Origin: Narcine bancroftii
Lineage: Eukaryota
DNA length: 64,000 bases
Direction: 5' to 3'
Assembly: GCF_036971445.1 (NCBI RefSeq)
Contig: NC_091480.1
Coordinates: forward strand, 84,072,001-84,136,000
Both the position numbers and the translations under genes were made by a program. The notes beneath the pieces are model-generated. The model was given only the letters and a program-made list of their open reading frames with translations, was not told the DNA's origin and made no database searches. Shown here piece by piece: positions 49,977 to 62,570 of the stretch. Each line of letters opens with the position of its first letter. The stretch's first letter is position 1.

Positions 49977-52356
49977 CTGAACACAAAATAGGGCAAATGT
50001 TAGCATTTTGCAAAAACTGAAAAGCAAGTGTGAACTTCTTTCGCTACGATTTTCATTTGAGAGGGTGTTGAAGGCAAGAAGGACTCCCGCAGCATTGTCA
50101 GGGGCTTCACGATTGTGTGGGATGTTTGGATCTGTCGCCGATGGATTGAACAGGAGTCTGTGCAGCTGCAGGGGCTCCGGGGATGCTGGGAAAAAAAATC
50201 CACAGACACTCACTGAAAGGTCTCTCTTTTGCGTCTCTTTCTCTCTTACTGTAAGGGGCAGTGGGAGACCCTTTGACTACCTTACAGCAATTTTGTGCAA
50301 TATTACATGTTTTGTAATATTTGTTACATCCCAATACTACTCACTTTATACCTACGACTGTGTGACTCAGAGCGACAATAGCACCATCTCCAAATCTGCC
50401 AACGATACCACAGTGGTGGGTTGTATGAAGGCGAGGGGTCAGCCTACTGGAGGGAGACTGAAAACTTGGTTGAATGGTGCACCAACAACAACCTTGCACT
50501 CAATGTCACCAAAACTAAGGAGCTGATTGTTGACTTCAGGAAGGAAAACCAGAGGTGTACATCCAGTGATCATTGGTGGTTCAGAGGTGGAAAGGATGAG
50601 CAAATTTAAGTTCTTCTTAGTTACTATCTTGGACGATCTTTCCTGGGCGCATCGAACTAATGGCATTATTAAGAAAGCACATCAGTGCCTCTACTTCCTC
50701 AGGACTTTGCAGAGGTTTGGTACGACATTGGAAGCCCTGGCAAATTTCTACAGAGGTGTGGTGGGAAGTGTGCTGACTGGCTGCATCATGGACTGGTATG
50801 GGGACTGATATCCAAGAGCATAAAACCCTGCAAAAGGTAGTAGACACAGCTTAGGGAATCACAGGCAAATCCTTCCCCACCATCGAGAACATCTATGGGG
50901 AACGCTGTTGTTGGAGAGCACTCAGCACACTCTCTGCTCTTGTTGTTGCCATCAGGAAAGAGGTCGAGGTGCCACAAGACTCACACCTCCAGGTTCAGGA
51001 ACAGCTGCTCCTCCTCCACCATCATACTCCTCAACAATAAACTAAATCAGGGACTCATTTAAAGATTCTTACTTGTGCACTTTATTGATTTTTAAAATGA
51101 TCTCTGTATTGCACAGTTTGTTTACGTTCATTATCTGTTTATTTGTTTACATGTATACGCTGTTCAGTTTTTTTTGTACTATCATTAAGTGGTAATTCTG
51201 CCTCGCCCGCAGAATAACAATTTCAGGGTTTAAATTTAGATTTAAATTAGACAAACGGGCCAACTCAACCTTTCGAGTCCACGCTGCCTAAATTAGACCC
51301 CAATATATTTTTGAAGGGTGGGAGGAAATGGGAACTCCTGGAGAAAACCCCCGCAGACACAGGAAGAACGTTTAGACATCATGGCACTTGAACCCAGGTC
51401 CGGTCCCGATCACTGGTGCTGTAGAGGCGTTGCACCAACCGTTATGCCATCCGTGCCTGTATATACCGTGCGTGCTCTGATCACAAATCTTAATAGCTGC
51501 ATGAAACTCCTCTGGTGATTAATAATGATTTATGCAAGAGGCTGCTTAAGGATTTAAATATTTGATGTTCTTTGCTGAATCCATTTGTTCTCACATTTAA
51601 TAAATATTCTAACTTTAGTAAATTTCTTTTCACATCAGTGACAATGTCCTCAAAGAAAACCTAGAGTCTGGAAATCTGAAATAAAAATAGAAATTGCTGG
51701 AAAAAGCAGCAGGTCAGGCTGCATCTGTGGAAAGAGTCAGTTCATTCCTCAAGTCTAAACCACTTCTGTAAGGAGTTTTTATGTTCTCCCCGTATCTGCA
51801 CGGGTTTCCTCCGAAGGCTCCAGTTTCCACCCACCCTTTAAAACATATGGGGGTTGATGCACCAACCGTTGCCACAAAAGACTGAGGTTGTGAAACTGAT
51901 GAGCTTTTATTGACTATTGACTGGAGCATCAACCAGCCTCATCAACTGATTATGGCAGGGTGAGTGGGGAGCATGCAAAGGGGTTATGGATAGGATCAGT
52001 CTCGGGAGGCGTGTCCAGCCGGCAGTGGCCAATCACAGTAAAACAGTGGTTTACCACAGGGTTTGTAGATTAATTGGGGTATTTGTGCATCCCGGGCTTA
52101 TGGGTCAGAAGGTGCTGTATGCCTAAACTTAATTTTTTTTAAACTTTAAAACAAATGTACTTTGTATAAATAAGGTCTAGTCTGACCCCGTGTGAGATGC
52201 TAATACAATATATTGTTCCTGTGCAACCTTACGAGGCATTTGTTTCTTTTTCCCCAATAAACAGGAATTCTGAAGAAGAGCAGCTTCAGATCAGATGTCT
52301 GCCCCACGTTATGGTATCCTGGTGATGCAGGAAGCATCACTGAATATTCTACTGAC

Positions 52357-52472
52357 CTGAGATGACCCCCATGAAGACTTGATGAGGGAAATGTGCAGCC
52401 ACGAAGACTCTGGATGCACAGACGCAGATCTGAACCATCCAGAAGACTCCCCACAGCAAACCACGGAGACAC
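52357..52472 (-). CDS. G6PC1: G6PC1 copy B exon 4 (116 bp)
   Basis: TTGCAG| [39 protein letters not shown]|GTCAG. Confidence 0.92.
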
Positions 52473-52848
52473 CTGCAAGAGTAATGTCAGTGAAAGGCCG
52501 GGACAGTTCTGGAGTCTGCTCAATTCAATGTGATCATGCCCGACCTAACTCTGGCCTCATCTCCACTTTCCTACCTGTTTTTCATGAACACGGTCTTCCT
52601 TATAAATGAAAATATGTTTACCTCAGGTTTATCTCAACTCAACTGCAGCAGAGAAATTCAAAGATTCACAAACCCTCTGTCAGAACCAATTCTTTCTTTC
52701 CTCAGGGCGAAATGGAAAGGCCCTTCCCAAACTCTATGCCTTCTTCTTGGCCTCCCATGAGGAGAAAGATCCTCCCAGCATACATCACACCAAGTCTCCT
52801 CAGAATCTTTACTAAGATCACCAAATCACAATAGAAAATGTAAAAAAA

Positions 52849-53063
52849 TGTTCCATTATTGTCATGTAATGCTACATTTACAATGTAACATACATGAAAT
52901 TCTTTAACTTTTGTCTACTGTAAGACAGACAGAGAGTCGCCACTTTGTCCAGCCCCCCTCACAGAAACCTACAGCACAGTACTTGGTCTCCCATCCATGT
53001 GCTGACTAACCCTGTGCCTGCTTAGCTTCCCAGATCAGACAATCGCAGCCATATTCAGGCTAT
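52849..53063 (-). mobile_element. 5S rRNA-derived SINE (SINE3-type) with the same tail as the tRNA-Thr SINEs
   Basis: 52965-53063 is a degenerate 5S rRNA (minus strand: AGCTAAGCAGG box A, TGGATGGGAGACC box C, TGCTGTAGG end), fused to the tail at 52849-52964. Confidence 0.82.
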
Positions 53064-53582
53064 TGCTAAGAATAGTAAGAAGATCAAAAGCCTGATTACT
53101 GCTTTAAAAAAAACTATTCTTGATCCTAGAGGTGCTGGTTGTCAGGCTTCTGTACATGCCCAAAGGCAGCGGAGAGGATAGAGTGCAGCCAGGCGATGAG
53201 GTCTTTGCCTGCTGTTGACAGCCAATGGGGAAAGCCAGAGGAGGAAATTACTTCTGCTTTCAAAAGTTTTTTTTTCTTTCTCTTTCTCCGCCTTTAACGT
53301 ACAATTTATTTTCTGACCTCTTGGAGATTTGTCGGTGTTCCCTGTCTCTTCTAATAATTTCATCAACTTGTAAGTCAAATAGCTAACAGCCTTTTCACTT
53401 TTCTGAGTACATTTCCACTCCTTGCTGCAGGATTAGCTATGGCCAAATGTAATCAGTTTTTAATCTCATTAATTTCTGCCCAGCAACTTTGTTCCCTCAA
53501 TGTAAATATTCCCATCTAAGGGACATGCTTGGATATTCTCAAATTTGACACCATTCCAAGATTAATTATTTCACAAGCTCAC

Positions 53583-53688
53583 CAGTTTTGGATGCAATAT
53601 GGCTTTTGTTGAAATCTGCTGGTCATTATTGCTGACACCATCACGTACCAAACCCCAGCTGAGCCCATGGTGTGACCTGAGGGACTTC
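53583..53688 (-). CDS. G6PC1: G6PC1 copy B exon 3 (106 bp)
   Basis: TTTCAG| [36 protein letters not shown]|GTGAG. Confidence 0.92.
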
Positions 53689-53790
53689 CTGAAATGCACA
53701 GATTTAAAATCAATTTCATTTCTTTGAGAACACAGTAGAAAATCTCATCTTTGTCTTATTAAAATCCACAGTTTTCCATTTTGCCGGTAC

Positions 53791-53900
53791 CTGGGCCAGT
53801 TTCACACGTGATGGGGTACTGCTCCAACACAGGAACAGATACGTTGCCATAGTAGGAAGTTTCATGAACCCACCAATAAGGTCTTTGGCCAAATAATATC
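53791..53900 (-). CDS. G6PC1: G6PC1 copy B exon 2 (110 bp)
   Basis: TGACAG| [36 protein letters not shown] |GTACC. Confidence 0.92.
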
Positions 53901-56815
53901 CTGTCAAAGAGAAAGGGGAGAAAAAAACATGTTGGAAAAAGTATATGCATCTGGATTTCAAAATAGTTGGATTTTACTCTAAATCTCCAATGCAAAACAT
54001 GTTAGAACATAACAACATCAGATCGATCATTTGCTAAACATTTACGCTGGGGAATCTTGAAAACAGTGATAAGGATTGCTTTTTAAAATCACAAATTGAC
54101 CTTAGTAATCTAATAAAACTTGAAAAGGACAAGAGCCTTCTGTTTACTAAGTTCTGATTGTGGTGAGGTTATCTTGGAACGTTACCTTGGTAATAGTTAA
54201 TCACTGATCCCCGCTAGTTCATCTTGAAAAATATTCTGTTGCAAAATGCATCCATATCTTGCATTCACTTCAAAAAGGTTACTATTTAGACAAAGTTAAA
54301 AAAGTAACCTGAAAAATCCATCATCAGATTGTAACATCAAGGTAACATTTCCCGCCAATACTCCAGTGTTAATTCAGCCTAATCCAGAGTCCGTTTTTGA
54401 TCTGACAGCGAATCCAAGGTGGTGGGGGAAGATTAGGATTTACTTCAGAGTCAGGGATGGTCTTACTCAGCAGGTCAGACTGCATCTGTGGGAAGAGAAA
54501 CAGAGCTCTGCTCCTCACAGATGCTGCCAGATCAGCTTGGTGTTTCCAGCGTTCTCGGTTTTAATGGTAGATGCCCAGCAACTTCTTTGATTTCACTGGG
54601 CTGGCCTTCCAGAAAGATAAATTTGGATGCAGAAAGGTTGGTGAACTTGTATCATAACCTCATCCTAACCTAATAACACCTAGCCATATCTGGTGAAAAT
54701 AAAGCCAACTAGAATATTTCAGTACTATTAATCTTTACAAACATTACATTTTTATCCCTCTAATTTTCTTTGATCAAAGGATATTAATTTTTTTTAAAGT
54801 CCCACCATTGATCTCGAAGATCTTAAAATCTTTCTCTTCGTTTCACGGGGGCAGCACGGTCAGCGAGGGGCAACAAGGTTGCTATAATGGTTAGCACCAC
54901 ACCTTTACAGCTCCAGCAATTGGGACTGGACTGGAATTCGAATCCTGCGCTGACTGTAAGGAGTTTATACGTTATCCTCACGTCCACGTGGGTTTTATCC
55001 GGAGCCTCCAGTTTCCTCCCACTGTTCAAAACATACCTGGGGGTGTAGGCTAATGGGGTGTAAATTGAGTGGCATAAACTCATGGGCTGAAGTGGCCTGT
55101 TACCTTGTTGTATGCCTAAATGTAAAAAAAAACATTTTCCCTTTCTCGAGAAGACAAGAACACCATGAGCCATTTTGCATAATTATAAAAATATATTAAA
55201 ATAACAATACGTGGTTAACATTGTGGTTAGTGACTTGCTGTCACAGAGCCAGTGATCGGGACCCAGGTTCAAATCCTGCACTGTCTGTAAGGAGTTTGTA
55301 TGTTCTCCCTGTATCTGTGAGGGTTTTCCCCAAGGGCGCTGGTTTCCTTCCAAAACACAACAGGGGTGTAGGTTATTTGGGCGGCATGGGCTTGTGGGCC
55401 GAAATGGTCTGTTATCGTTCTGAATGTCTAAATTTAAATTAAATTAAATTCTGTGAACTTAAAATAAAAAAAAAACTATTTTGGTGCAATACAGTTGCTC
55501 TGGGTTTTTTTTAAGGTTCTCAATCCCACTTACACTAACCAACTTTGTAAATAGTGCAGTCTCCAATTTTGTTAAAGCTTCACATCTTTGGTAAGACCAG
55601 AGTACCAGTATTGTGTTCAGTTCTGGTCACCTCATTATAGGAAGGATGTGGAGGCTTTGGAGAGGGTGCAGAGGAGATTTACCTGGATGTTGACTGGATT
55701 GGGGAAACAAGTCTTATGAGGCAAGGTTATCAGAGCTGGAACTTTTCATTTTGGAGAGTAAAATGAGGCGAGGAGACTACAAAGACTATGAGAGGCATAG
55801 ATAGGGTGGTCAGCCAGTACCTGATTCCAAGGGCAACTTTATATGAGTATAAAGTTAAGGGAGGGAAGTTTAGGGGAAGCATCAGGGGAAAATTATTTTT
55901 ACACAGAGAGTTGTAGGTGCCTGAAATGTCTTGCCGGGGATGATGGTGGAAGCTGAAACATTGGGAGCGTTTAAGAGACTCTTATACAGACAAAGAAAAA
56001 TAGAGGGTTATGGGGTAAGGGAGGGTTTAGTACTTTAATTAGGAAGGGATTATATGGGTCAGCTTAACATTGAGGGCCGGAGGGCCTGTACTATGCTGTA
56101 TTTTCTATATTCACTAGATGCAGCCGGCAACAATAATAGAACATATAATAGAATAATAATATAATAAAACACAGAGCAGTACAACTCAGGAACAGGCCCT
56201 TCTACCCATCTGTCAGTACTGAACTGTTTGCCCATGATACATATCCCTCTATTTCTGCAGACACTGTGATTGTAGTAAACACACAGAAATGCTGGAGGAA
56301 ATCAGCAGGTCTCGCTGCCTCCATAGGCTGTAAAGATGTATTACTGATGTTTCGGGCATGAGCTCTTTGTCAAGGTATGAGTAAAAGGCAGGGGAGAAAA
56401 GAATAAAAGAGAGGTCAGGGGAGGAGCAGAGGCTAACAGGCAGAAGGTGATAATTGGACAGGAGGACAGGAGAGGAGATGTGGGAATTGATTGGGGGAGG
56501 GGGTGGTTCTGTGAATGCAGAGCTGGAGGGAAGGAGACAGAGAGAAAAAGAAAGAGAAGGAGACAGATGAAAGGGGAAATAGGGATAGATGAGGGGAGGG
56601 GTGGGTGGTGGGAGGTTTTGTGTGGCTAATAGAAACCGGAAAAGTTGAGGTTAATGCCGTCTGGTTGGAGGGTGCCCAAACAGAATATGCGGGGGGTCTC
56701 AGACTGACAGTGCTGCATTTTTTTAAAAAATTCTATATTCACTAGACCCAGCCAGCAACAATAATAGAACATATAATAGAATAATAATATAATAAAACAT
56801 AGAGCAGTACAAAAA

Positions 56816-59211
56816 TTTTTTTTATTTTTCACACTATGAACCATATCAATCAAAATACATACAAACATTTCCCTCTTAAATATACACAGTGGCATTTTCT
56901 CCCTTTTTCCCCCCTATCCTCCCTCCCTCCATCCCACCCCCCTCCAAACCCACTCAATGTTCAACATATATGATACATTAAACCCATTAAACAATGTCAT
57001 CACGCAATGAAAATAAACAAGAAAATTGTGTCATTAACTTTTACACACTGGGTCATTTCATTTCGTCTTCTTCTCATTCTGTCATTTTTGGGGGTGGAGG
57101 TCCGCGGTAGGCCCTCTCTGTTGTGTTCCATGTGCGGTTCCCAAATTTGTTCAAATAATGTGACTTTATTTTTTAAATTAATGTTATTTTTTCCAGTGGA
57201 ATACATTTCTATGTACCATTGCTGTATTCTCAGGCTCTCTTCTGATTTCCAAGTTGGCATTATACATTTTTTTGCTACAGCTAAGGCTATCATAATAAAT
57301 CTTTTTTGTGCTTCATCCACTTTGAGGCCTAATTCTTTACTTCTTATATTACTTAGAAGAAAGATCTCCAGATTTTTTGGTATGTTGCTTTTTGTGATTT
57401 TATTTAATACTTGATTTAGATCTTCCCAAAACTTTCTCACATGCCTAAGTTGCATGTACTGTTGTTTCCCGTTTCCTTCTTACAGTGAAAACATCTATCT
57501 GATAATGTTGGATCCCATTTATTTAATTTTTGGGGTGTGATATATAACCTATGTAACCAATTATTTCATCATTTTCCTTCTCTTGCAGCTTGATGTACAT
57601 GTTCGTTATAAATCTTTTTATTATCATTGTGTCTGTAATCACATATTCAAAGCTGCTTCCTTCTGGTAATCTCAGTCTGCTTCCCAATTTGTCCTTTAAG
57701 TAGGTTTTCAGTTGGTGGTATGCAAACATTGTACCATGAGATATACCATATTTGTACTTCATTTGTTCAAATGTTAATAAATTATTTCCCAAAAAACAAT
57801 TTTCTATTCTTTTAATTCCTTTTCTCTCCCATTCTCTAAAGGAAAGGTTATCTATTGTGAAAGGGATTAGTGGGTTTTGCGTCAATAATAATTTTGGTAT
57901 TTGGTAATTTGTTTTTTTTTCCTTTCTATATGTTGAGCAGATGGTGTAGTACTGGTGAACTTCTATATTGCACCAGTTTTTCATCCCACTTATAAAGTTT
58001 ATGTTCTGGTATCTTCTCCCCTATTTTATCTAGCTCTATCTTGGTCCAATCTGTATTTCCCTTGTTTGATAAAAATCTGATAGATACCTTAATTGTGCTG
58101 CTCTATAATAATTTTAAAAGTTTGGTAACCTCTCTGTTAATTTATCTAGCGCTATCCTCGGTTTCCCCCCTTTCCATAAGTATTTCCTTATTATTCTCTT
58201 TAGTTCATTGAAGAATTTCTCTGTTAAGGGAATTGGTAATGATTGAAATAGGTATTGAATCCTTGGGAAGATATTCATTTTAATGCAATTTACCCTTCCT
58301 ATCAGTGTTAGTGGCAATTCTTTCCAATGTTCTAAGTCATCCTTTAATTTCTTCATTAATGGCTGATAATTTAATTTGTATAGGTGGCCTAAATTATTAT
58401 CTAACCTGATACCTAGCTATCGGATTGCTTGTGTTTGCCATTTAAATGGTGATTCTTTTTTAAATTCTGTGTAATCCGCATTATTCATTGGCATCGCTTC
58501 ACTTTTATTCGCGTTGATCTTTTATTCCTGATATTTCTCCATATTCCTTCAATTTCTTATGTAGTTCTTTTATTGATAATTCTGGTTCTGTTAAGTATAC
58601 TATGATGTCATCTGCAAATAAACTGATTTTATATTCCTTCTCCTTTATTTTTATCCCTTTTATTTTATTTTCTGTTCTTATCAGTTCTGCCAATGGTTCT
58701 ATTGCTAAAGCGAACAGTGAGGGAGATAGTGGACATCTCTGCCTAGTTGACCTACTTAATTTAAAGTGGTTCGATACATATCCATTTACTGTCACCTTCG
58801 CCAATGGTCCCTATATAATGCTTTAATCCAATTAATATATTTTTCTGGTAGTTTGAACCTCTGTAATATTTTGAATAAATAATTCCATTCTACCCTGTCA
58901 AAGGCTTTCTCTGTGTTGAAAGCAACAGCCACTGCTGGTATCTTATTTCCTTGAACTGCATGAATTAAATTAATTAACTTATTAACTTAAATTAATTAAC
59001 TTACTATTTCTGCTGTTCGTCTTTTCTTAATAAATCCAGTTTGATCTTGTTTTACTATTTTTGGTACACAGTTGACCAATCTGTTTGCGAATAGTTTTGC
59101 TATTATCTTATAATCTGAATTAAGTAGAAATATTGGTCTATATGATCCTGGTATTAGTGCATCTTTTCCCATTTTTGGTATTACTGTAATTGTTGCTGTT
59201 TTACATGAAGT
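56816..59211 (-). mobile_element. 5'-truncated L1-clade LINE (ORF2 RT and C-terminus, frameshifted) in copy B intron 1
   Basis: SYRPI.LLN.DYKI.AK, RQ.CPLSP.LF, ISLFADDII, LTLIGRVNCIKM. T-rich tail at 56816. TSD CTGACAGTG(C/T)TGCAT at 56704-56718 and 59212-59226, inside a Penelope-like host (about 56260-59810). Confidence 0.9.
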
Positions 59212-60319
59212 CTGACAGTGTTGCATGAGACCATGGACACGTCAGCAAGGGAATGAGACAGGGAATTGAAATGGGTGGCCACTGGGAGATACCTGCTATT
59301 GCAGTGGAGAGAGCTGAAGTGCAATGATCTTTCAGTCTGCGTCCGGTCTCACCAAGGTTGAGGAGACCACAACGGGAGCACTGGGTGCAGATTCACAAGT
59401 GAAGTGTCGCTTCATGGAAGGGCTAATTGGGGCCCCGGATGGTGATGAGGGAGGAGGTGTGGGTGCAAGTGGGGCACTTCCTGTGGCCACGGGGTGGGGG
59501 GGGGGGGGAGGGAGGAGTGGACGAGGGAATCTTGGAAGGAGTGGTCCCTGCAGAAGGTGGAGAGGGGAGGAGAATGGGATACATGTCTGGGGGTTGGATC
59601 ATGTAGTAGGTGGCGGAGATGCAGAGGCTGGTGGGGGTGGTAGGTGAGGGCAAGGGGAATCCTGTCCTTGTTGCACATTGGGGGTGGAAAGGCCAGGGCA
59701 GATGTGCGTGTAATGGGGGATATGTGGGTGAGAGCTGAGATGATGGTAGTAGGGAAAGCCATGTTTTTTTGAAGAAGGAGGATATCTCAGAGATGACCTG
59801 GCAAGGAACACCTTGTCTCTCTATTTTCTGCATACTTATGTGCCCTTCTAGAAGCTTTGTAAAAGCTACTATTCTATCTGCCTCCACCGCTACCCTTTGC
59901 AGTCTATTCCAGGTTCCTACAACTCCCTGTGTAAAAAAAAACTGGTCCTGTGCAACTCCTTTAAACACTCCCATCCTCCACCTTAAATAAATGTCACCTA
60001 GTACGTGACATATTTCCCCGGGAGAAAGATTCTGCCCTACCTACACATCTTATAATTTTATATACTTCTATCAGCCTTCAATGTTTCAGAGAAAACTATC
60101 CAAGTTTGTCCAACCTCTTCACTGAGATCACATCCTCTAATCCAGGCAACATCCTGTGCCTCTTTGTACCCTCTCCATTCCTTCAGCATTTCCTTCCTGT
60201 AATGAGGTGACCAGAATTACACACAATACTCCAAGTGCGGCCCACCCAAAGTTTTACATGGCTGCAACATGACTTCCTTTACTTTGTTCCATGAGGGATG
60301 GGATACCAGTCAAAGGGGG

Positions 60320-60407
60320 TTTTTTTTTTATTTTAAATTTTTTTTTTTTCACACCATAAATCACATTAGCCATGCTACACACTTTTTCTTTTTCACACAT
60401 ATACAGT
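60320..60407 (-). mobile_element. Very short 5'-truncated L1-like 3' end with TSD AGTCAAAGGGG
   Basis: Poly-T followed by TTTCACAC.AT.AA.C, resembling the 56816 terminus; direct repeat at 60308-60318 and 60408-60418. Confidence 0.7.
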
Positions 60408-62091
60408 AGTCAAAGGGGTTGTTGAGCAGCCTTTGGAGGTAAACTCATCCAGGCAATTGAAAAGTGGTGGAAAGGCCTTGAGGAATCATGGCCATTCCAT
60501 CATCCCTGAGCCAGACACAATGAGGTGATGGAATACTCTTCCCTCCTCTTGTAGACACTGCATTTAGTACAGTGATCTTTTGATAAGTAATGGGTCAATC
60601 AATTAGCGGGTATCTTGGAAACCACAGGACAAAACATTCTTGGATGTGTGAGCTCTCTGTGCAGAGGCAGTCCAGAAGGAATAAGCACGTTCAAGAGAGG
60701 AGGGGACAGGAGAATTTAAAGGAACAGGAAAAAACAGGCCTACCACTCTGGGTCTTGGTCCAATTACATTGTGACCCCCCCAAGGGACTCTACTCATTAA
60801 CCTGGGAGAATTTTTCACAATGAACAGAATATCTTTGAAAACACATTTTTTGTCTTATGATCCCAGAAACATTTAGTTGAATGCCATCACTTATGGCACT
60901 GTCTGTGATGCGCTGTAGTGTGAGCAAACAGGCATAGATTACCAAGGCTGTTCTACAGGCTTTAATTAGCTTAAAACTTGCACACAAGGTTCAGACTCCC
61001 TCCTGGCTCTGTGGGCTGTGCTTCTGCCCAAGGGCCGGTGCGAGCCTTTATATGGGACTGGTGATTGGCAGGGAGTAGGTGGAGCCAGTCTCCCAGCTAA
61101 CGTCCCTGCAGGTAGAGTGGGCAGTGCAGGAGTGCAGGCAGTCACAGACAGTCCAGTGGTTGCATCACCACACTGACTACCCAATGGAAATATGATATTG
61201 GTGCTGCTTCTTTGAAGGTCAACGCTCCATCTAATGCGATCACTTAAATGCACATGGCTAGCACGCATTTGGAAGCAGGAAAGACCCACCACCACTCAAG
61301 CACCATCAGCTGCCCTACCCCTCCTATCTCGATGCTTGTTGATCGATTACTTCTTGCTGGCGGCTTCCTAGAGTTGGTTCTGCTTTCAGAAGACCAATAA
61401 TTGGAAATTGTAGGACAGTCTACTGCCCAAATCAGTTGCTCTCAGTTATGCTAGTGTCACAGCATGCCAAGCTGTAGTAGAGGGAGGAAGTGGAGGAGAG
61501 AAATTCCAAAGCAGGATGATATCCTGGGTGCTCAGTGAATAATTCACCCAGCTGGATGTCCGTGCAGAGCAGTGTGCAAGGCACCTGAATACCTTAAATG
61601 TAAAGTTATTAACAACATGGTGGAAACTGACTCCAGCCATTCAAACCCCTATGGCCCAATTATATCCTAACAACTCCGTTCATTTTTGGACGGTGGGAGG
61701 AAACTGGAGCGCCCAGGGGAATCCCACGCAGGTTGAAGAGAGAACGTACATATAGATAGCGTTGGATTCAAACCTGGGTCACTGGCATTGGAATAACTGT
61801 GTTAACTGTGCCAAAAGAGATGAGAAATGAAGTCTGGGTACTTTGACCTCACTTTAATCAATGCAGGGTTACTTCCCTGGTGCTAGCCATACACAATATT
61901 GACACCATTACTGAATCATTGAGGCACGTTTAATGCTAATGGGATGCTCTAACTAAATGACTGAATGATGTGCTATACTCACCAGCCGTTGGTTAAATGC
62001 ACACTGCGAACCATCATGCATAATCAGTGTACACCAAGTTTAACTGACCTAAACATTTTGAATGAATTTTTTTTCTCTCCAATGAACTTAC

Positions 62092-62321
62092 CATTTGAAG
62101 ATGAGGTTGAGCCAGTCTCCGACGACGGCCACCCAGATCAGTTTGACGCCCACTGCCTCACACAGGTGGAACCAGATGGGAAAGAAAACATAGAAAGTGT
62201 TTCTCAGGTCGGCAGCGACGGAGATAAAAGTGAACCAGCTCTGGGAGTCCCTGTAATTCAGCTGGAGATACTGCACCAGGTCTACCCCGGAGCTGTGGAG
62301 CAGGTCCATCCCAGCGTCCAT
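62092..62321 (-). CDS. G6PC1: G6PC1 copy B exon 1 (230 bp); spliced CDS 357 aa
   Basis: [20 protein letters not shown]...[11 protein letters not shown]|GTAAG. Confidence 0.93.
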
Positions 62322-62397
62322 TCTCAGCACCTCTGGGAAAGTTGCTTCTCTTGCACTGTGCAAGATTATCTTACCTGGACTGTGTGGTGCTGATCTA

Positions 62398-62570
62398 TTA
62401 TATACAGCAGCAGGCAGCTGCATAATACGCAAACAGTGATCTTTGGACTCAGAGGCCAGATGCATAGAATAAATGGACAAACCAAGAGCATGTCAGGGTG
62501 ACGCAAACATGTTTGGATACCTTTTGAAAAACACCCAAGTCATTGAAGTTATTGATTGAGCTAATAAACA
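62398..62570 (-). promoter_or_regulatory. G6PC1 copy B proximal promoter
   Basis: Minus strand: TATATAA (62398-62404), HNF4-type DR1 AGTCCAAAGATCA (62437-62449), TTGCGTCA (62499-62506), TGTTTTT (62527-62533), AATCAATAA (62549-62557), TGTTTAT (62564-62570). Confidence 0.7.

Noticed and set aside
52965-53063. Functional 5S rRNA gene
   Set aside because: It has deletions and substitutions and is fused to a SINE tail.
62322-62480. N-terminal extension of G6PC copy B in the ORF track
   Set aside because: It runs through the TATA box and DR1 site. The homologous start is the ATG at 62321, matching copy A.
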